Shown: positions 12,240 through 24,549, counted from the first letter of the whole stretch. The stretch: DNA of 63,428 bases, filler included, from Octopus bimaculoides (GCF_001194135.2; 6 parts of 6 records of this genome joined end to end with filler, not necessarily neighbours in it); one strand, 5' to 3'. The notes: generated by a model not told the origin, from the letters alone. Numbers and translations are program-made.

Positions 12240-12295
12240 ATCACAACTGCCCGACGAACGGGAACGTGAAACTCTGAGTAGCATTTTTTTGTGAT
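12240..12295 (+). ncRNA. Type I hammerhead ribozyme fold (U4C core variant)
   Basis: Helix I tgc/gca extended by atcacaa/ttgtgat; core CCGACGA; helix II acg-GGAA-cgt; GAA; helix III ACUC-U-GAGU; GUA site at 12280|12281. Confidence 0.7.
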
Positions 12296-12605
12296 GTCTT
12301 TGCAGCTTTAATAATAAAGCATAAACTTAAGAAATTCAATAACCTTCACAGACTTTCATAAGAAAAGGGTTTCCCTTGAAAAAGGAAATAGCGTTTGGCT
12401 TAGATTCTAAAAATGAAATCCGCAGTGCTCTATGGGGTACCTCCCCACCCACACAAAAGTAAAATACTGTGTAGTAAATATTCTGAAATTTTATTAAATT
12501 CAATGCATTTTTAAAGCATAAAACCGATTACAGAAAATATATGAAAAAACGTAAAAAAATTCATTGCAAAATTTTCGAAAGATATGAAAATTTCGAAATA
12601 TTGGC

Positions 12606-13023
12606 TTCAAATTTTGTCACAAGGCCAGCAGATCTGGAGGATGGAGTAATTCGATTATATCGACCCTAGTGATCAAATGGTTCTTGTTTTATCGACTCCG
12701 AAAGGATGAAAGGTCAAGTCCACCTCGGCAGAATATGAACTCAGAACACCAGGAAGGATGAAATGCCGCTAAGCATTTTGCCTAATTATTTCCATATCTT
12801 AAGGCGCCACCTTAAGATATGGAAATATTCCTTTCTACAATAGGCACAAAGTCTAAAATTTTGGGGAAGAGGACAAATTAATTACATCGACCCCAGTGCT
12901 CTACTTGTGTTTATTTAATCGACACAAAAAGAATGAAAGGCAAAACCGACCTCAGCGGAACTTGAGCTCATAACGAGAAACCGGACGAAAAGCCGCTAAG
13001 CAATTTGCCATTTGGCCGCTTTA
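12606..13023 (-). mobile_element. Two tandem family-4 SINE copies (12606-12813 and 12826-13023)
   Basis: Each contains the reverse complement of the family-4 domain (gaaaggatgaaaggtcaagtccacctcggc / aagaatgaaaggcaaaaccgacctcagc). Confidence 0.8.
12787..12827. repeat. Perfect 18-bp inverted repeat
   Basis: tatttccatatcttaagg-cgcca-ccttaagatatggaaata. Confidence 0.95.
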
Positions 13024-13220
13024 AGACAGGGAAATATTGAATTTTATTATAATTATTATGCAACCTTATTTGTATTGACTTTTATCTTGTCCATGATATA
13101 TATTGCAGAATTCTGATACGTATATATAATGAAATAGCATGTGAAAATATAAATTATAAATTTATTAAATTTGAATTATAAGCAACTCTTATAACGTAAA
13201 CATTATCCATATCACATATT

Positions 13221-13315
13221 TAATGCATGCGTTTTGTTTATGCGCTCATTAGCTGCGGGTGACGTCGATGGGCTATCCCGCAGCTAATGAACGCATAAAC
13301 AAAACACATACATTA
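13221..13315. repeat. 39-bp inverted repeat with 17-nt spacer
   Basis: 36/39 pairs; all three mismatches are C.A on the plus strand. Confidence 0.95.
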
Positions 13316-13524
13316 TGTGACATCTATAATATTTATATTAAAGATTTATAGAAACATACTGTAGGCTGCTTAATATGATGGATAGGAATCTTAAAGTACA
13401 ATAAGAAAATATTGACTGATGAGGAAAATTTAAAGGCAAAAATCATATTCTAAATCATTTATAACGAGTTGCGAACCGAAGAAAAAGTAAGCCCACATAC
13501 TCTAATAAATCAAAATAATATTCT

Positions 13525-14230
13525 CCCATTGGTTGTGCGCTTAGAAAATTCTTATCACTTCTTCATATAAACAATACGGATATCTTTCTCTATGTTGAGA
13601 ACTATGTGAGCAAAGAGCCTCTTTTCCACACCAGCTCGGCAGTTTATACCTACCTTACTCAAGCTTGGAAACAGAGCTCTCCACCTACAGTTGGAAGTGT
13701 TGTATAAATTTTAAGAAGCTCATACATAACAGTAAAGTTAAGATGAATATCGCTTTCCTCGATATTCTGTCAAGATGTTGCGAGCATCTTCACAGCCATA
13801 AAATTTGCAGAAACTAATTAGATCTTCAGTTTTATTACTTGTCGCCTAGATTTTTGCTTAACTTCCAGTCTAGTAACACAACTGGAGTGACTCTACGATC
13901 ATTCCTGTGTTATCTTCCTTTCCTATAAATCTTCTCCCAATTTCTTCTACATAGGAATTCAGAAATGTTTAATATACTTTCTGACGATAAAACCACTGGA
14001 AATTTTGTGAAGGTTAATACATCTTTGCACAGATTTCATTCGTATTTTTCCTTGGTCTGCTCTGATTAGAACATTTCTCTGTTACCTCAACATCAACGTT
14101 TTGTATATGTTGGCATACATTCTGATACATTACTTCGAATTGTTCTTCCATCCTTAGCAGATTAAGTCTTTTCATTACACAATCAGTAATTTTATGCAGC
14201 TTTTAAATCAAAATGTCACTGCCGAATATT
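13525..14230 (-). mobile_element. hAT-superfamily transposase fossil (C-terminal dimerisation region)
   Basis: Fragments across frames: YELLKIYTTLP (13692-13724), VESSVSKL, RLFAHIVLNIEKDI (13579-13620), YVEEIGRRF and LNLLRMEEQFEVMY. These resemble the hAT LL.IY.TLP..SAERSFS.L...RL..L..L.IE.D motif. Confidence 0.65.
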
Positions 14231-14797
14231 TCGTGCAGCTGTAGTCTCTATCACTATCGGTGTTGTAAAGGTAATTTCAAAATTTAAAAAAAATGGACTC
14301 ATTGTTGATGTTATAGGTATCAGTATAGCCCCATCTTCGCTTACTGGATTTGGTGGCCTACTTTCACGCATATACACACCGTGAATAAACTGTATTGGCG
14401 CTGGAAACGCCTTATTTAAGGTTCGCAGAATGGTTTCTCTGCAAGTTTATTTTGTATCAGAGATTGTTTCCCACTTCTTGACCGTACGACCCAGGAGAAA
14501 TGGAAAATTATCAATGGAGCACGCTGTTTCGAAGACATAGAAATAAAACAATATAAATTTGCAATACTGATTGTTAATCAGCTAATATAGTTACTTGATG
14601 TACTTTGTACAAGCACAAGGAGCAAGTGTGCATTGCAGTGAACATAAATATTTTTTTCATTGTGGAGAAGCATCTTTAGTTGAAATCAGATCATCTTAGT
14701 AGCATCATTATGGCTTTATCGCATCATACTTTCTTTAAATAAGCCGATTTATTATTTTGCTATTTTCAAAAAAGCGAGATTATTTCTTAAAAAAGGC

Positions 14798-14909
14798 AAG
14801 ACTATATCCTCCAGTTGTCCTTCATTAGTGGACTCAGAAATGTTTAATATTCTTTCTCACTATAAAACCACCGAAAAAATGTAAGACTATATCCTCCAGT
14901 TGTCCTTCA
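14798..14909 (+). repeat. 27-bp perfect direct repeat (period 85)
   Basis: aagactatatcctccagttgtccttca at 14798 and 14883. Confidence 0.9.
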
Positions 14910-16114
14910 CTAACATACACATATGCATATGTGCTAATGTACTACGAATAAATAAATGAATAGATATATATGTATATATATAAAATGTATACATATATAT
15001 GTACATACATATGTATGTGTCTTTTTTCTTTTTTCTCTCTCTCTATACATATATACATATATTTACACACAGACGCACACTTATATGCATGTATGTATGC
15101 GTATATAAATACATATATACACAAAGGGACAAATAAACACACACCTGTATGTATGTATGTAAGTATGTTTGTTTCTTTTTCATATAAATACTCTATCTGA
15201 ATCTGCGTTCTGTTTAAACATTTATCTGACTTTCTGTTGATATGCCTCTAGTGAAAGCGAAAATAACAAGCATAATACATTATATCTTGTAAATTAACAT
15301 GAACCGTAGTCAGTTTCAGGACATCATCATAATTATAACCAATTTCGACAACTATTTTTCTCTCAATTTCCTAATTTGTAGCACACTTTCCACTTTACAG
15401 TTTGGTTTTGTTCTGTTTGTCTCAGGTACACAATTTATTCTCAATAGATCATGTGCGTATCTGTGTGTATGTGTGTAATCTGAAATATTGATAATGTCGG
15501 AAAAGCTGTAACATTTCCTTTATTGCCAAGATGGTATATATTTATTCACTTTTCGTCACTTCTTGTTGAATTTGCACCTGTTTCATTATAAAAATAATAA
15601 ATTCATTCAAACAGGATAGTTTACACCGATGCAGAGATTCATTTGTTTTAGCGTTAACGAAAGACTGAGAAATCGAATTCTTACTTACTTCTACATCTTG
15701 TACTTTATTACACCCGAGACACAAAACCAAACATTATGGTTGGTGAAGAGTGAGGAGCGTATTTTTGGCTGAATGATGTACTGTTATTGTACTTGCGGAA
15801 AACTTGCTTTATTTTACATAAATTAACCATTTGAACCAGCGAGTACACTTTAGCGGGTGTGATCATGTTTGACTATACTCCCGCAAAACAAATAATGCTG
15901 GCAACTAAGTAGTACTTTGTTTACGGCTGAAAATAACAAAGTTACTGCTAATTAACGAGCCATAAACACAAAACTATTAGGAAGCTCGATTTTATGTTTT
16001 CCATGAATAATAGTCAAACAAAATCACGCAAGCTAAAACGTACTCGCGGGTTCAAATAGTTAATCCAGATATTTTTTTTATCCACTGTTAATAAAAATTG
16101 TATCATCTTTAATC

Positions 16115-16439
16115 TTTTACTTGTTTCACTCATTGAATGGTGGCCCTGATGGAGCATCGTCTTGAAGGGTTTAATTGAACAAATTGACCCCAGTATTTAT
16201 TCTTGTTTTTAAGTCTGCACGTTTGCGCAAACCCCTAAGTTACGGGGACGTGAGCAGCCAACACCGGTCATCAAACGGTGGCCATGCTGGAGCACCACCT
16301 TTAGTCGAAAAAAATCGACGCCAGGACTTATTCTTTGTAAACCTAGTACTTATTCTATTGGCCTCTTTTGGCGAACTGCTAAGTTTCGGGGACATAAACA
16401 CACCAACATCGGTTGTCAAGCGAAGATGGGGGACAAACA

Positions 16440-16522
<83 letters not shown>

Positions 16523-16642
16523 GACGAGCTTCTTTCAGTTTCCTTGGTCATCCCGAGGCTATAGTAGAAGACAGTTGCCGAGGGTGCCACGCAGTGGGAC
16601 TGAACCCGGAACCATGTAGTTGGAAAGCAAGCTTCTTACCAT
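16115..16642 (-). mobile_element. SINE family 3 with internal (CA)n and a doubled tail
   Basis: Head ~16555-16642, (CA)n ~16440-16514, tail 16280-16430 followed by an older tail copy 16115-16279. Confidence 0.85.
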
Positions 16643-17145
16643 ACAGCCACGCCTGCGCCTATGAGATGTTGTTCAATCAATTATTCATTAATTTATAAAA
16701 GTATTAATTTACACATTACTAATCGCACCAAGTCGAACTTCTTACAAGTTGATTAATTAACAGAATAACCTGTAAATGAAAATCAATGTATATTCTATCA
16801 AAATATAATTATGAATTTTGATTAAAAGGGGCATTTTTTGACATAAAGGAGCGAAAGGGCAAAGGGCAATGATCAAACGCTTCGAGCTTCGACCCATTTC
16901 AATTTCATTGGATGAAAGGAAGGCAATCAGAATTGATAAAACTATGTGTATGATTCTTTAGATGAATAGATGCACACACTTAATTGCGTGTATCAACGGT
17001 TCAAGCAGCACACTAACTCAACCACATATTTACAGACAACGGGAATTCAACTCAGAATGTTTTGTTGCTTTGTTAGTGTCCGTCTTGAACTCTCTTAAGA
17101 AGACCTTAAATAAAACTCAAAGAAAAATCATACATACATACATAC

Positions 17146-17460
17146 GTTGAATTATTGAGAAATCTGCACTTACTCTATCCAGATTACAAGTTCAGGCCAT
17201 AGGTAACACACTGCCTAAATACCAACCACGAGACATTAGGCTTCTCAAAACCAGAAAGAGAAAATCGATTCGAAGACTACAGATCCAAGCTATCACTGGA
17301 ACTATAAAAATCTGTTAAATTTTCCAAAAGCTTATCATTTAAGTATATATAAGCATGTCTAGATATTCAAGCATTGGGTCATCTCATAAATAATGCGGTT
17401 TTTTAATACTTCTTTTGTTTTTCGAAATTAAGATAAATAAAGTTCATTTTAATTCTAAAA
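17146..17460 (+). mobile_element. Second, shorter R4/Dong-like 3' fragment
   Basis: ELLRNLHLLYPDYKF...LGFSKPE...RRLQIQAITGTIKIC aligns with QLLRNLQLLYPGYEF...LGFSERE...RTLQVQCVSGTVKIC of the 20.6-kb copy. Confidence 0.8.
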
Positions 17461-17569
17461 TACACACACACACATACATACATACACTCACACACGCACA
17501 CACAAACATTATATATATATACACATTACGAGCGAACAAAAAATCCTACATGTATACATATACAAATCA

Positions 17570-17685
17570 CTGGCAATGATGTGTGGTTAAGAAACTCGCT
17601 TTGCCCACATGTGATTTCAGGTTCAGTCCGACTGCATAGCACCTTGGGCAAGTGTCTTCTACTATAACCCCGGGCTGATAAATGA
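17570..17685 (+). mobile_element. SINE family 3 head fragment
   Basis: ggttcagtccgactgcatagcaccttgggcaagtgtcttctactat. Confidence 0.7.
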
Positions 17686-18153
17686 CCTAATATGACCGCA
17701 ATCCAATGACTGAAAACAATAAAAGGAATAATACAAGGAATATGTTGCATAAAAACTTAGCTACATAAAAATTCTGTGGATTGGATCAGAACTTGGAAGG
17801 GGATATTACAAAAAAAGGGTTTCATGAGAGATACTACGGAGTATAACAGGGAGAAAAACAAAGGGGCCTTCGTGTTCTTATTGTGTCAAACATCTGTATA
17901 GTCCATATATGTGAATGCGAAGTAATTTCCTCCCAATATCACTCTTGCAATGATGATTTGCATAGCATCACAATGACAATCATCTGATAACTAATGGCAG
18001 AATTTATCCAGAAACTAATATCTAGACAGTGACATTGACAAATTGCATTGACAATGAGAAATATTTCTTTCCAAAGTTTAAGAAAGTAAGGAACTGGTAA
18101 ATCAATAAATTAGTAAAAAAATGATTGATACTGACTTTTTTCTAAATATAGTC

Positions 18154-18156
<3 letters not shown>

Positions 18157-18236
<80 letters not shown>

Positions 18237-18257
18237 GTCTTTTGTCTGTCTGTCTCC

Positions 18258-18295
<38 letters not shown>
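18157..18295. repeat. Compound (TATC)n(TGTC)n microsatellite
   Basis: Directly visible; abuts the RTE 3' end. Confidence 0.95.
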
Positions 18296-18296
<1 letters not shown>

Positions 18297-18710
18297 AAGG
18301 GCAGATAAAATTCCTGAGATCTATGGATGAGTTCTCTCCAGTAGTCTTTGTCTCTCATCATCGCTGCTATATCCCGTGTCTCCCAGAGACCGGTGTCTGT
18401 CCTTAGGGCATCAACATATGTCATCCTCGGTCTCTCTTCTAGTGTGTCCATGTAGGGGCTCCCACACGAGCACTGAGTGTAGTATCAACTCTGAACGACG
18501 GTGAGCATGTCCAGCTAACCTCAGTCTCCTCTGTGTTATTTTCGAGCTAACTATTGCGTGGGGTGGGGGCTTTCGTACAGCTCTCAGTTCTTTGTCCTCA
18601 GTGTGTACTGATTAATGTTCAGAACCACCCTCAGCATTCTGGTGCAGTACCCATCCACCATCTGAGTCAGTGTCCAAGTCTCAGACCCGTTCAGCAACAC
18701 AGACTCCACT
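18296..18710 (-). mobile_element. RTE-clade LINE 3' fragment
   Basis: VESVLLNGSETWTL, RRLRLAGH and RPRMTYVDALRTDTGL...MRDKDYWR; runs directly into a (CAGA)n(TAGA)n tail. Confidence 0.85.
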
Positions 18711-19661
18711 GACCAACAATAATGATTAACAAGCGCAATTATTGTTGTTGTTGGTGTTGATGCTGTAGTTGTTGTAGTGGTCGTTGTTTTTGCTGTTATT
18801 GGAGTAAATTTCCACTCTATCTCTAAAGAGTACGTTCTCCAAGTTTAGATCCCCTTTTTTCATTTCAATATTGTTTCTACGGCTTATCTACACACACACA
18901 CACACGCACATGAACGCGCGCACGTACACATATATAGATACTGTTCATAGGAAAGAAATGCAAGCTGATTGCTCTTGAAGCACATCTGCTTAATCCAACC
19001 TGTCAGAAGAAATTCTGATAGGAAATTTCTTAAATGTTTATTCAACATGTACAGTTTTGTCATTCATTCTTATTAGCAAATGAAACAAATGCAGTGGTGA
19101 ATAAATAATAGCCCCAAATTTTCCAGATTCGTGTGTTGTCATATATATATATATANNNNNNNNNNNNNNNNNNNNNNNNNNNNNNNNNNNNNNNNNNNNN
19201 NNNNNNNNNNNNNNNNNNNNNNNNNNNNNNNNNNNNNNNNNNNNNNNNNNNNNNNNNNNNNNNNNNNNNNNNNNNNNNNNNNNNNNNNNNNNNNNNNNNN
19301 NNNNNNNNNNNNNNNNNNNNNNNNNNNNNNNNNNNNNNNNNNNNNNNNNNNNNNNNNNNNNNNNNNNNNNNNNNNNNNNNNNNNNNNNNNNNNNNNNNNN
19401 NNNNNNNNNNNNNNNNNNNNNNNNNNNNNNNNNNNNNNNNNNNNNNNNNNNNNNNNNNNNNNNNNNNNNNNNNNNNNNNNNNNNNNNNNNNNNNNNNNNN
19501 NNNNNNNNNNNNNNNNNNNNNNNNNNNNNNNNNNNNNNNNNNNNATATATATATATATATATATATAATGCAAAGATATCTTTTCTTTACATTTACTCCG
19601 AGCAGATAACCGATCATGATATATATACTCTGAAACGGCGATCAGAAAGTAAAGAGAAAAT

Positions 19662-19890
19662 ACATACATACATACATGCATACATACATACATACATACA
19701 TACATACATACATACATACATACATGCATAGGAGAATTTACGAAAAAAACAGCAGATGAAGACAGGTGGTGTAAACAACAAATGGATGTATTTGTTTAAC
19801 GCTCGGGAATAGAGAAAGTCTTTGACGTTTCGAGCTACATACATACATACATACATACATACATACATACATACATACATACGTACATAC
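19662..19890. repeat. Two (TACA)n tracts
   Basis: Directly visible. Confidence 0.9.
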
Positions 19891-20606
19891 CCTTAATTCA
19901 TACACTACAAAAAGATCACAATATCTGGAACTATGAAAATGTGCAAGACCTTAAGATTTAAAAGATGATGGTTAAAATAAGATACTTTCCCTCACAGTTT
20001 CGTTTCAAAGTTGGCAACGGGTCAGAATTTACTGTAAATTAATGATAGAAAGAGAACATACATACATCCCATTAACTAATATTTTCATGCTCACATACAC
20101 TACGCTCAATTATGTTACACTGGATGTTTTAATAAACGAAAGAAAAAAATATTTTCCTCGGAAAGTCGACAAAAATCTGTTCAATAAAATTTTCACAATA
20201 TTGAATATATTTATGTGCCGTAAAAAACGAAGTCTGTCTGGAGTGCCCCAGATTCTCAGTTTGAATATTTATTCTAATGATATTGATTCTGATGGCAATT
20301 AAAACAAATTATCTTCGCAACACAACTTATTCATTATCCGGGATGTATTCTGATATTATTCCTTTGATGTTTAGTAGAATGAGTACAACGCTCTTTCGCC
20401 GTTGAGCCAAGTAGTTTTAATAGCATTTAACAAAACTCATGTGACGAGAAAAAAAAAACTAGCCATATGGCGGCCAGACATTTACATTTCAGACATGAAA
20501 CTAAATACTGAAACCTCATTTATCTTGATCCCTAGGAATGCCTGAATATACATACATACACACAAACAAATGCACATATCCATATTTGTTACATACATAC
20601 ATATAT

Positions 20607-21485
20607 GCCCAGAAGCTTGAAGAAGACAGTAGAATTGATACGAAGCGCAACCTCTCTTATACACAAGACCACTACATCACGTCACACTTTGAAGGCTATG
20701 CGTTTGCAATCCAGGAACAGGAGATCGCCACAAAGTACCTGGTGAACAAGAGAAACAGTGACGCTCTTGTAATCCCAAGGTGCAACCGCATGTGTGGGCT
20801 ATGTCATGCTTCTGTGGAAGACATCACGCATGTGATTAGCAGCTGTCCTAAAGTGTCGTCACGGTACTATCTCCCTATGCGCCACGATGTTGTGGCTAAA
20901 ACAATTTACAATGCCATCCGCAAGAAAGACTATCCTAAAATAAACTTAGGAAATGCCTTTGTTATGGAATACATTCATAAACACCAACTCAAGGAATACT
21001 GGTGGAATATTCCCATCAAAACTTCTGCCAAATGTAAACATAACAGGCTGTATATTGTTGTTTGGGACAGAGGGGCAAAGGTATGTACCATCATAGAGGT
21101 TAGCTACCCTGCAGATATAAATATCTCTTTGAAAACCAACGAAAAATAGGATATCTATGGACAACTGCTTCGAAACCTCCAGCTTCTATATCCAGGCTAT
21201 GAATTCATATTCACGCCAATAATAATTGGAGCACTAGGTTTTGTTAGTAAATGCTTAAAGGAGAATCTGGATAAACTGGGATTTTCAGAAAGAGAAATCG
21301 ACCGGCTAACTCGTACATTACAAGTGCAATGTGTGAGTGGAACAGTAAAAATATGCAAGACTTTTCTCAAGTTCCAAATGTGAATTTGTCTGTGTTAACC
21401 ACATACCAAAGATGGAGCCTTGTATCTTTGTTGGAAAGCGGCTCTCTCCTCTGTGGAAGATTTATAATAATTAAAAAATAGAAGA
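20607..21485 (+). mobile_element. R4/Dong-like non-LTR retrotransposon 3' fragment (CCHC + restriction-like endonuclease)
   Basis: EGYAFAIQEQEIAT, CGLC..EDITHVISSCP, RHD and IVVWD..IIEVSYPAD.N..K..EK motifs. One in-frame stop at 21147-21149; the frame continues to TGA at 21381-21383. Confidence 0.9.
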
Positions 21486-21934
21486 CATACATACATACAT
21501 ACATACATACATCTTTTATGTTTCAGTCATTGGACTGCAAACATGATGCAGTCATCAACTGCCATTCTGCTGCAGGTTGGCAGTAGAATAGTAGTTGATG
21601 ATGAAATATGTTAGTGAAAGAAAACTTGCGGATATACGCAAAATATATTGACCACATAAACATACATAGAGCATACCCATAGAAGATAACTATGTAAACT
21701 GGCGAGAGAATTCTCAAGTTAATACACATTGTAAATTTTAACTATTCTATCAAAGTAGACAACATCCATAATCCCGTTGCTGTTTCATACAGGTGTAAGC
21801 AGAGGGACTTGGCCAAATCTGATCTCAGCATCTATTCTTGGAAATCAAATAAAATACATGTAGTGAGGTTGACAAAAATCATTGTGATATGGCTTACGTT
21901 TACATTATCATGCTTCCTCTTTACAATATAGTTC

Positions 21935-22317
21935 GTGGAGATGCAATGGCCCAGTGGTTAGGGCAGCGGACTCGCGGTCATAGGATCGCGGTTTCGATTC
22001 CCAACCCGGGCGTTGTGAGTGTTTATTGAGCGAAAACACCTAAAGCTCCACGAGGCTCCGGCAGGGGATGGTGGCGAACCCTGCTGTACTCTTTCGCCAC
22101 AACTTTCTCTCACTCTTACTTCCTGTTTCTGTTGTACCTGTATTTCAAAGGGCCAGCCTTGTCACACTGTGTCACGCTGAATCTCCCCGAGAACTACGTT
22201 AAGGGTACACGTGTCTGTGGAGTGCTCAGCCACTTGTACGTTAATTTCACGAGCAGGCTGTTTCGTTGATCGGATCAACTGGAACCCTCGACGTCGTAAG
22301 CGACGGAGTGCCAACTA
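21935..22317 (+). mobile_element. tRNA-derived SINE family 1, full length
   Basis: Near-identical to the 9762 copy; degenerate 12-bp TSD acaatatagttc / acaatcttgttc. Confidence 0.95.
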
Positions 22318-22896
22318 ACAATCTTGTTCAGCGGTTCTCAACGGCGGCCATTAAGCGCCCCTCTGGCTGCCCCCTACTGTTTTATTTCTATTATTATAAT
22401 AAAGTTTTCTTTAATTGACTTGTGTTTTACTATTTTTGGTGCAGTCTCTAAAAATATCCAGGTTTTGGATCTGGCACAGATATCAAAAAGATTGAGAACC
22501 ATCGATCTAATTTCTCTGTCACTCAAACTTTGATTTCATGATTTGATAGTATCGCTCCAGCCTTGAGCACAATGCCTCGCAGTATTTTTTTCCGACTCTC
22601 TTCCTTCTGAGTTCAACTCCAGCAGAGGCCAGTTTTGTTTTTCATCCTTTCTTGGTCGAAAGAAAAGTAACAGTCGAAAGGGGTGAATTGAAATCGTGGA
22701 ACTCTAGGAACATTGGACCAGATGTATTACTGTATTTACTCCTGCTTTGCGCCGTGTGTTCAAATCTCGCCATATTCTGTTTGGTTGGTAGTGATAGGCT
22801 TAATCCATTGCTTGGTTTAACACCGCCATCCGGTACATTGGGTACCTTCAGCAGAGCTTATTCTGTTGCAAGCATTAGAGCACATCTCTCCAGTTT

Positions 22897-23018
22897 GAAG
22901 TTATCGAGTGGATTTGATAGATGGAAACTGAAAGAAGCCTGTCGAACACACGCGCATACACAATCGTGCGCGCACATATATACATATATGCACACACACA
23001 CACGCACACACGCACGCA

Positions 23019-23055
<37 letters not shown>

Positions 23056-23273
23056 CTCTGCGTGTGTCTTGTACCCGTGTTTGTTCCGCCCCCACCGTTT
23101 GACAACCGGTGTTAAGTCCCCGTAACTTAGCAGATCGGCAAAACTGACCGATTAAATAAGTACTAGGCTTAAGAAAGAATAAGTGCCGAGAAAGATTCGT
23201 TCGACTAAAATTCTTCAAGGTGGTGCTCCAGCATGGCTACAATTTAATGACTGAAACAAGTAAAAGATCAAAA
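22897..23273 (+). mobile_element. SINE family 3, 5'-truncated, internal (CA)n
   Basis: gagtggatttgatagatggaaactgaaagaagcc, microsatellite, then the family-3 tail. Confidence 0.85.
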
Positions 23274-23296
23274 GTATACTACTTACCAAACCTGGA

Positions 23297-23620
23297 ATCA
23301 CATGGCTCAGTGGTTAGAGCGTGGGGTTCACAATCATGAGGAGGTGAGTTCGATTCCCGGATCGAGCTGTGTGTTGTGTTCCTGAGCAAGACACTTTATT
23401 TCACGTTGCTCCAGTTCACTCAGCTGTAGAAATGAATTGCGACGTCACTGGTGCGAAGCTGTATCGTCCTTTGCCTTTCTCCTTGGAGAACAACGGCGGC
23501 ATGGAGAAAGGAGGCTGGTATGCATGGGACGACTGCCGGTCTTACATGAAACAACCTTGCTCGGACTTGTGTCTCGGAGGGGAACTTTATAGCTGCCATC
23601 TCATGGTCATTTACGACTGA
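23297..23620 (+). mobile_element. tRNA-derived SINE family 2 (central domain tgtgttcttgagcaagacactttatttc)
   Basis: A/B boxes and a conserved central domain; homologous over its length to the 28513 copy. Confidence 0.85.
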
Positions 23621-23929
23621 AAGATGTCATTCCATTTCGTTTTACCAAACCTATAGGACTTGCTTTCGAATGACAAAAAATTCTAACAAGCAAGATACTG
23701 ATTATTTATCTATTTCGAAGCATTCTTATTTCTTGCCTGTAACAATGTCTAAGATTCCATGATAAAGCTACATGTCGAAACCACTTTTTGTGATGCGAAA
23801 GGTGGTTAGTGCCGACTTCAATGTCAACACAACTGGCTTTCCACATTAATAACATGTAATCAAGTGTAGATTATTTATGACAGATCACACGTAATATATG
23901 ATGCGATAATTTTATGTACTGTATGTGTG

Positions 23930-24075
23930 TTTCATTTATGTGTATATATGTAAGAATACAAGTACATAATATAATATAATATGATATAATATAATATAAT
24001 ATAATATATATATAATACACCTGGTTTTTGTTCTCACACCTGTCATCGTCTTTTGTTTTTCTGTAAATTTGAACT

Positions 24076-24161
<86 letters not shown>

Positions 24162-24325
24162 ATACACACATATATATACATATCTATATATATGCATATG
24201 CATATATATATATACATACGTATACATATACATAGATATATATAAATCTATATACATGCATACACAAATGTATACATATACATTTATCTAGACATAAATG
24301 TGTATATTGTATATGTATATATATT
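23930..24325. repeat. (ATAAT)n, (CA)n and degenerate (TA)n
   Basis: Directly visible. Confidence 0.9.
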
Positions 24326-24424
24326 TTTCATTCCCTTTCGAAATTATCCCTAATTTTTGTGGTATGTAGTCTTTTGCTGCTATTTCTAGCGGGTAGATGT
24401 CCTATTATAGACATCTCTGCATTT

Positions 24425-24524
24425 NNNNNNNNNNNNNNNNNNNNNNNNNNNNNNNNNNNNNNNNNNNNTTAATTAATTAANNNNNNNNNNNNNNNNNNNN
24501 NNNNNNNNNNNNNNNNNNNNNNNN
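24425..24524. other. Artificial scaffold spacer
   Basis: 44 N + TTAATTAATTAA + 44 N = 100 bp. Confidence 0.97.
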
Positions 24525-24549
24525 TATATATATATATATATATATATAT

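Noticed and set aside
9751-21934. ATAGTT shared in the TSDs of two family-1 SINEs
   Set aside because: With only two sites in AT-rich DNA, a target preference cannot be inferred.
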